Assembly (NCBI GenBank): GCA_050247235.1
Contig: JBFWUN010000002.1
Span: 42,641 to 106,640 of the forward strand
From: Gammaproteobacteria bacterium
GTDB lineage: Bacteria; Pseudomonadota; Gammaproteobacteria; Ga0077536
Direction: 5' to 3'
DNA: 64,000 nt
This document shows positions 59,702 to 64,000 of this stretch, in pieces. Numbering within the stretch: position 1 is the stretch's first letter; every line of letters begins with the position of its first letter. A program made the translations under genes and the position numbers. The notes below the pieces were generated by a model. The model searched no databases and was not told where the DNA came from. It worked only from the letters and a program-made list of their open reading frames with translations.

Positions 59702-61054
59702 GTGAAGCCATCAACCACGTTCGAACGCCGGATCCGCGCGCTGCTGACGAGCCTCTTGGCGTGCGGAATGTCCCTCACGGCCATGGCCACGGAGCCGCCG
59801 ACCCTGCCGCCCGAACGCGACGCCCGGTTCCTGGGCGTCGAGACCTGCGGGTCTTCGCAGTGTCACGGCTCGCCGGAACCGTGGCGCAACGCGACGGTGC
59901 TGATGAAGGAACGCCTGATCTGGGACGCGCACGACCAGCACTCGAAGGCGTACGCGTCGCTGTCGGGCGACGCCGGCAAGCGGATCGCGGAACGCCTGGG
60001 GATCGGCGACGCCACGCAGGCCGAGGAATGCCTGGTGTGTCATACCACGCACGTGCCGCCGGCGCGCCGCGGACGCGCGTTCACGGTGGAAGCCGGCGTC
60101 GGCTGCGAGTCGTGTCACGGGCCCGGCGGCAGCTTCCTGTCAACCCACGTGCAAATCACTTCGCAGCACGCGTCGAACATCGAAGCCGGGATGTTCCCGA
60201 CCACCGATCCGACCGCGCGCGCCGCGCTGTGCCTGTCCTGTCACCAGGGCGACACGGTACGCAAAGTCAGTCACCGGCTGTACGGCGCCGGCCATCCGCG
60301 CCTGCGCTTCGAGCTCGATACCTACAGCGTGCTCCAGCCCTATCACTTCAACCCGGACGCCGATTACCGGCGCCGCAAACCAGTCCCCAGCCATTTCCGG
60401 CTGTGGGCGGCGGGCCAGCTCCAGGCCGCGCGCAATCTCCTCGCGCTGACGGATCCGGCAGCCGCGCATGCGCGTGCAGGCCTGTTCCCTGAAATTGCGC
60501 AGTTCGACTGCCACGCCTGTCACCAGGGCATCCTCGACGATCCGGACTATCGCCCGCGGGCGGGGCTGCCGGCCGGCATGCCGACGCGCAACGATGCCCC
60601 GTTCGTCGTGCTGCGCGCGCTCGCCGCACTCCTCGAACCCGCCAGCGTGCCCGGTCTCGTTGACGCGACGCGCGCCTGGCAGCGTGCGCTGGCGACTCCG
60701 GCCGCGCAGGCCGACGCCGCGGCGGCACTCGCGCGCGCCGTGGAAACCCTCGGCACCGCCCTCGCCGCGCATCCCGACGCCGCGAGCGACGGCCGCACGG
60801 TGGTGGCCGCGCTGATCGCGCAGGCCACGCGCGAATCACCGCTGCCGTTCATCGCCGCCGAAAGCGTCGCGATGTCGCTGTCGACCTTGCTGACCGCGGA
60901 ATTCGAAGCCGGACGGCTGACACCCGAGCGCTACCGGGAGGTCGATGCGGCGCTGAATACCGTGTACGCCGCCGTGGGCAACGAACGCACCTATCGTGCC
61001 TCGGCCTACGCAACGGCCCTTGGAAGCGTGGCCACGGCCATGGGACAACAGTAG
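59702..61054 (+). CDS. Periplasmic multiheme c-type cytochrome (4 CxxCH + 1 CxxxxCH) with Ala-rich helical C-terminal domain, paralog A
   Basis: GTG start, signal peptide. CGSSQCH (nt 59846-59866), CLVCH, CESCH, CLSCH, CHACH. C-terminal ~190 aa without Cys. Confidence 0.8.
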   Translation: MKPSTTFERRIRALLTSLLACGMSLTAMATEPPTLPPERDARFLGVETCGSSQCHGSPEPWRNATVLMKERLIWDAHDQHSKAYASLSGDAGKRIAERLGIGDATQAEECLVCHTTHVPPARRGRAFTVEAGVGCESCHGPGGSFLSTHVQITSQHASNIEAGMFPTTDPTARAALCLSCHQGDTVRKVSHRLYGAGHPRLRFELDTYSVLQPYHFNPDADYRRRKPVPSHFRLWAAGQLQAARNLLALTDPAAAHARAGLFPEIAQFDCHACHQGILDDPDYRPRAGLPAGMPTRNDAPFVVLRALAALLEPASVPGLVDATRAWQRALATPAAQADAAAALARAVETLGTALAAHPDAASDGRTVVAALIAQATRESPLPFIAAESVAMSLSTLLTAEFEAGRLTPERYREVDAALNTVYAAVGNERTYRASAYATALGSVATAMGQQ

Positions 61055-61079
61055 CGCGCAACGCCGGGAATCCAACGAG

Positions 61080-62444
61080 ATGAGCCGCCTATCCGCCCTT
61101 TCCGCCCCGTTCCCTTCCCGCGCGCGCCGCGCGCCGCTGGTCATGCTGCTGTTCGCGTGGGTGTTCACCGCGACGGCGACGGCCCAGGAGGCCGACGCGG
61201 ATCCGACGGCGGGTCCGTCCAAGTATCTCGGCGTCGTGACCTGTTCGGGCTCCACCTGTCATGGCGCGCCGCGTCCGTCACCCGACGCACGCGTGCTGCA
61301 GAACGAATTCATCACCTGGCACCGCGAGGACGCGCACGCCAAGGCGTACCGCGTGCTGCTCGAGGAAAAGGGCAAGCGCATCGCCGAGAACCTCGGCATC
61401 GCGAATGCCGCCGCGGCGCCGGAGTGCCTGAACTGCCATACGAACAATGCGCCGGTCGAGCTGCGCGGCAAACGCTTCCAGCTCGCCGACGGGGTGGGTT
61501 GCGAATCCTGCCACGGCCCGGCCTCCAAGTGGCTCGGCCTGCACGTCACGGGCGAAGCGAGTCGCGAGGAAAACCTGAAGGCCGGGATGTACCGTACCGA
61601 GGATCCGGTCGCACGCGCCGCGCTGTGCCAGGGCTGCCACGTCGGCGACAACAGCAAGTTCGCCACGCACCGGATCATGGGCGCCGGTCATCCGCGGCTG
61701 GCCTTCGAGCTCGATACCTTCACGATGCTGCAGCCGGCGCATTACCGCGCTGATGCCGATTACCGCAGCCGCAAGCGCATCGCCTCGCACGTGCAGGTGT
61801 GGGCGATCGGACAGGCGGCGGCGGCGAAACGCACCTTGGACCTGTTCGTCGGCGGCAAGTGGCAGGGCACGGGGGTGATGCCCGAGTTCGCGTTCTTCGA
61901 CTGCCATGCATGCCACCACCCGATGGACACGCCGCGCTGGGCGCCGCGGGCGACCACCGGCCTGCCGCCGGGTGTCGTGCGCCTGAACGACGCCAACCTG
62001 CTGATGCTGCTGTACCTGACCAGGGCGATCGAGCCCGCCACGGCCGAGTCCCTCCACCAGGGCCTGCTGGCACTGCACAAGGCGAGCACCGAATCACCCG
62101 CCGCCACGCAGACGGCGGCGAAAGCGCTCGCGGCGACCGTGGCGCAGGCCGAGAGCCAGGTACGCGGGCACGGCTTCAGTGCCGATGAGACGCGCACCAT
62201 CCTGGGCAGCATCGTCGACGGTGGAATCGGGGGCGACTACCGCGACTTCGCGGCCGCCGAGCAGGCCATCATGGCTATCCACGCGCTGACGGATTCGCTG
62301 CGCGACGCGGGCGCCCACGACGACACCAAGGCCGCGGCGCTGGACGCCCGCATCAAGGTTCTCTACACCGTGCTCGAGAACCAGAACACTTACGACCCGG
62401 CGCGTTTCAGGAGTGAACTCGAGACGCTCAAGGCGTCGCTGTAA
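61080..62444 (+). CDS. Periplasmic multiheme c-type cytochrome (4 CxxCH + 1 CxxxxCH), paralog B
   Basis: ATG 61080 within track ORF 60996..62444; signal peptide. CSGSTCH, CLNCH, CESCH, CQGCH, CHACH, collinear with paralog A (shared GKRIAE.LGI, GVGCESCHGP, GAGHPRL.FELDT, FDCHACH). Confidence 0.8.
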   Translation: MSRLSALSAPFPSRARRAPLVMLLFAWVFTATATAQEADADPTAGPSKYLGVVTCSGSTCHGAPRPSPDARVLQNEFITWHREDAHAKAYRVLLEEKGKRIAENLGIANAAAAPECLNCHTNNAPVELRGKRFQLADGVGCESCHGPASKWLGLHVTGEASREENLKAGMYRTEDPVARAALCQGCHVGDNSKFATHRIMGAGHPRLAFELDTFTMLQPAHYRADADYRSRKRIASHVQVWAIGQAAAAKRTLDLFVGGKWQGTGVMPEFAFFDCHACHHPMDTPRWAPRATTGLPPGVVRLNDANLLMLLYLTRAIEPATAESLHQGLLALHKASTESPAATQTAAKALAATVAQAESQVRGHGFSADETRTILGSIVDGGIGGDYRDFAAAEQAIMAIHALTDSLRDAGAHDDTKAAALDARIKVLYTVLENQNTYDPARFRSELETLKASL

Positions 62445-62461
62445 CCAGGCGACAACGTCTC

Positions 62462-64000
62462 ATGGCCAACGAGCGATTCACCATCGCGATCGTCGGTGCC
62501 GGGCCGGGCGGGCTGAGCGCGGCGGCCCGCGCCGCCGACACCGGCATCCCGCACATCCTGCTGGAGGCCTCGCCGCAGATCGCGAACACGATCTTCCGCT
62601 ACCAGAAGGGCAAGCACGTGATGGCGGAGCCATCGGTGCTGCCGCTGCGCGCCGCGGTGGACTTCGAAGCCGGAACGCGTGAGCGGATCCTCAAGGCCTG
62701 GAACGAGGGCCTCACGCGGAGCGGTGCCAACGTCCGCTTCGGGTCGGAGGTGGTGGCGATCACGGGCGCGCGCGGCCAGTTCGTGCTCAAGCTCTCCGAC
62801 GGCTATTCAGTGCATGCCGAGCACGTCGTGCTCGCAATCGGACTGCAGGGCAACCTGCGCAAGCTCGAGGTGCCCGGAGACAGCCTGCCCGGGGTCCAGT
62901 ACCAGCTCGACGATCCGGACGAATACCGCAACGAAACCATCGTCGTGGTCGGCGCGGGCGATGCCGCTATCGAGAACGCGCTCGCGCTGGCGCCGCACAA
63001 CACCGTCACCATCCTGAACCGCCGCGACGAGTTTTCGCGCGCAAAGGACGGCAATCTCAAGGGCATCACGCGGGCGCTCGAGGCCGGCGAACTGGAATGC
63101 CTGTACAACGCGTCGCCCGAGGCCGTCGAAGCGCTGCCGGAAGGCGATCCGAGCGGTCACCGCCTGCGCTTCCGCATCAAAACCAAGGAAGGGTCCACCG
63201 AAGTGCCGTGCGACCGCATCGTCGCGCGCCTCGGTGCGCTGCCGCCGCGCAAGTTCGTCGAATCGAGCGGGATCGAGTTTCCGAACGACGATCCGGCCGC
63301 GGTCCCGATGGTATCGCCGCGCTACGAGTCGAACGTGCCGGGGCTGTACGTGATCGGCGCACTCGCGGGGTACCCGCTGATCAAGCAATGCATCAACCAG
63401 GGCTACGAGGTCGTCGAATACATCTGCGGCCGGAACGTGGAACCCGCGGACGAAGCGCTGCTGCGCGCGAAGTTCGCGCATGTGCCGGGACTGTCCAAGG
63501 TGGACGCCGCGATCGAGACGATCCGCCGGACCATCCCGCTGTTCGCGGGACTCACCCCGCTGCAGCTGCGTGAATTCCTGCTCGATTCCGACATCCGCAC
63601 GCCGGCGCCGGGCGAGGCGGTGGTGGAGTACAACGACTACACCAACACGTTCTTCTCGATCCTGCGTGGCTCGGTGTTCATCGAGATCGACCCGAACAAT
63701 CCCTCGCGCACGGTGCCGCTCGCGGAAGGCAAGTTCTTCGGCGAGATGTCGCTGATTTCCGGACGGCGTCGTTCGGCGACGATCCGCGCCGGGGAGAACT
63801 GCGTGCTGATCGAGACGCCGCGGCGGTCGATGAACAAGCTGATCCAGTCCGTGGAAGCCGTGAAGCGCGAGATCGACGAAGCCTTCCTGCTGCGCGCGAT
63901 CCGCATGCACATTGCGCCCGAGGTGCCTGAGGACGACCTCGTCGAAGTGGTGCACACCGCGCGTATCCGGCAGTTCGCGCCCGGCGAAGCGCTGTTCAAC
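62462..64000 (+). CDS. FAD/NAD(P)-dependent pyridine nucleotide oxidoreductase fused to cyclic-nucleotide-binding domain(s); 3' end outside window
   Basis: Not in the supplied ORF track (no stop in the window); translated by eye from ATG 62462, with 513 codons open to nt 64000. IAIVGAGPGG, VVVGAGDAAIENA, GLYVIGALAG. The cNMP phosphate-binding cassette FFGEMSLISGRRRSATIRAG is at nt 63734-63793, and a second cNMP-like domain begins near the window end. No signal peptide. Confidence 0.8.
   Translation, partial: MANERFTIAIVGAGPGGLSAAARAADTGIPHILLEASPQIANTIFRYQKGKHVMAEPSVLPLRAAVDFEAGTRERILKAWNEGLTRSGANVRFGSEVVAITGARGQFVLKLSDGYSVHAEHVVLAIGLQGNLRKLEVPGDSLPGVQYQLDDPDEYRNETIVVVGAGDAAIENALALAPHNTVTILNRRDEFSRAKDGNLKGITRALEAGELECLYNASPEAVEALPEGDPSGHRLRFRIKTKEGSTEVPCDRIVARLGALPPRKFVESSGIEFPNDDPAAVPMVSPRYESNVPGLYVIGALAGYPLIKQCINQGYEVVEYICGRNVEPADEALLRAKFAHVPGLSKVDAAIETIRRTIPLFAGLTPLQLREFLLDSDIRTPAPGEAVVEYNDYTNTFFSILRGSVFIEIDPNNPSRTVPLAEGKFFGEMSLISGRRRSATIRAGENCVLIETPRRSMNKLIQSVEAVKREIDEAFLLRAIRMHIAPEVPEDDLVEVVHTARIRQFAPGEALFN

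Noticed and set aside
61080-61200. Twin-arginine (Tat) signal in cytochrome paralog B (…SRARRAPLVMLL…).
   Set aside because: It has RR but lacks the S/T-R-R-x-F-L-K context. c-type cytochromes are normally exported unfolded via Sec and matured in the periplasm, so a Sec signal peptide is the simpler reading.
1-64000. CRISPR arrays, rRNA genes, prophage or IS elements.
   Set aside because: I noticed no regularly spaced direct repeats, no rRNA-like sequence, and no phage structural, integrase or transposase-like translations on either strand.

Overview
This is a high-GC (by eye about two-thirds G+C) proteobacterial chromosomal segment with gene order typical of Gamma/Betaproteobacteria. Most of it is core housekeeping. 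On the + strand: gcvR (partial), PIN-PhoH, CHAD, ParA-like, queG, tpm, rpe-gph, trpGDC and rpiA. A long, mostly minus-strand stretch (15.9-47.5 kb) carries tatCBA, hisEIFA, polA, ptsI-HPr-rapZ-hpf-rpoN-lptBAC-kdsCD, queC, cpoB-pal-tolBARQ-ybgC, ruvBAC, nadA, aspS and an FmdB zinc-ribbon gene; murU, an MltF-like gene and a DUF2782 gene interrupt it on the + strand. One tRNA-Lys(UUU) sits at 47645-47720. I saw no rRNA, CRISPR array, transposase or integrase. After the tRNA comes accessory-looking content: a Baeyer-Villiger monooxygenase, a serine-hydrolase esterase, a luciferase-like monooxygenase and a probable acyl-CoA dehydrogenase remnant, then a P-type ATPase and a Tim44-like protein. The most interesting locus is a tightly packed 5-gene + strand cluster at 56332 to the window end. 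It encodes a pentaheme cytochrome c, a Cys-free outer-membrane beta-barrel candidate, two paralogous cytochromes (4 CxxCH plus 1 CxxxxCH each), and a cytoplasmic FAD/NAD(P) oxidoreductase fused to cNMP-binding domains. That last ORF runs off the window and is missing from the supplied ORF track. The layout resembles porin-cytochrome electron conduits but does not match the gene orders I know. Secondary points: a translationally coupled CHAD-ParA-queG trio; trpE missing from the usual rpe-gph-trpE-trpGDC context; ptsN missing from the rpoN-hpf-rapZ-HPr cluster; and a (CGG)n/poly-Pro tract in an OmpA-family lipoprotein. All calls rest on reading translations and motifs by eye; no database search was possible. 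Many long track ORFs are antisense or off-frame shadows typical of high-GC DNA and were ignored. Several track ORFs were trimmed to internal starts.
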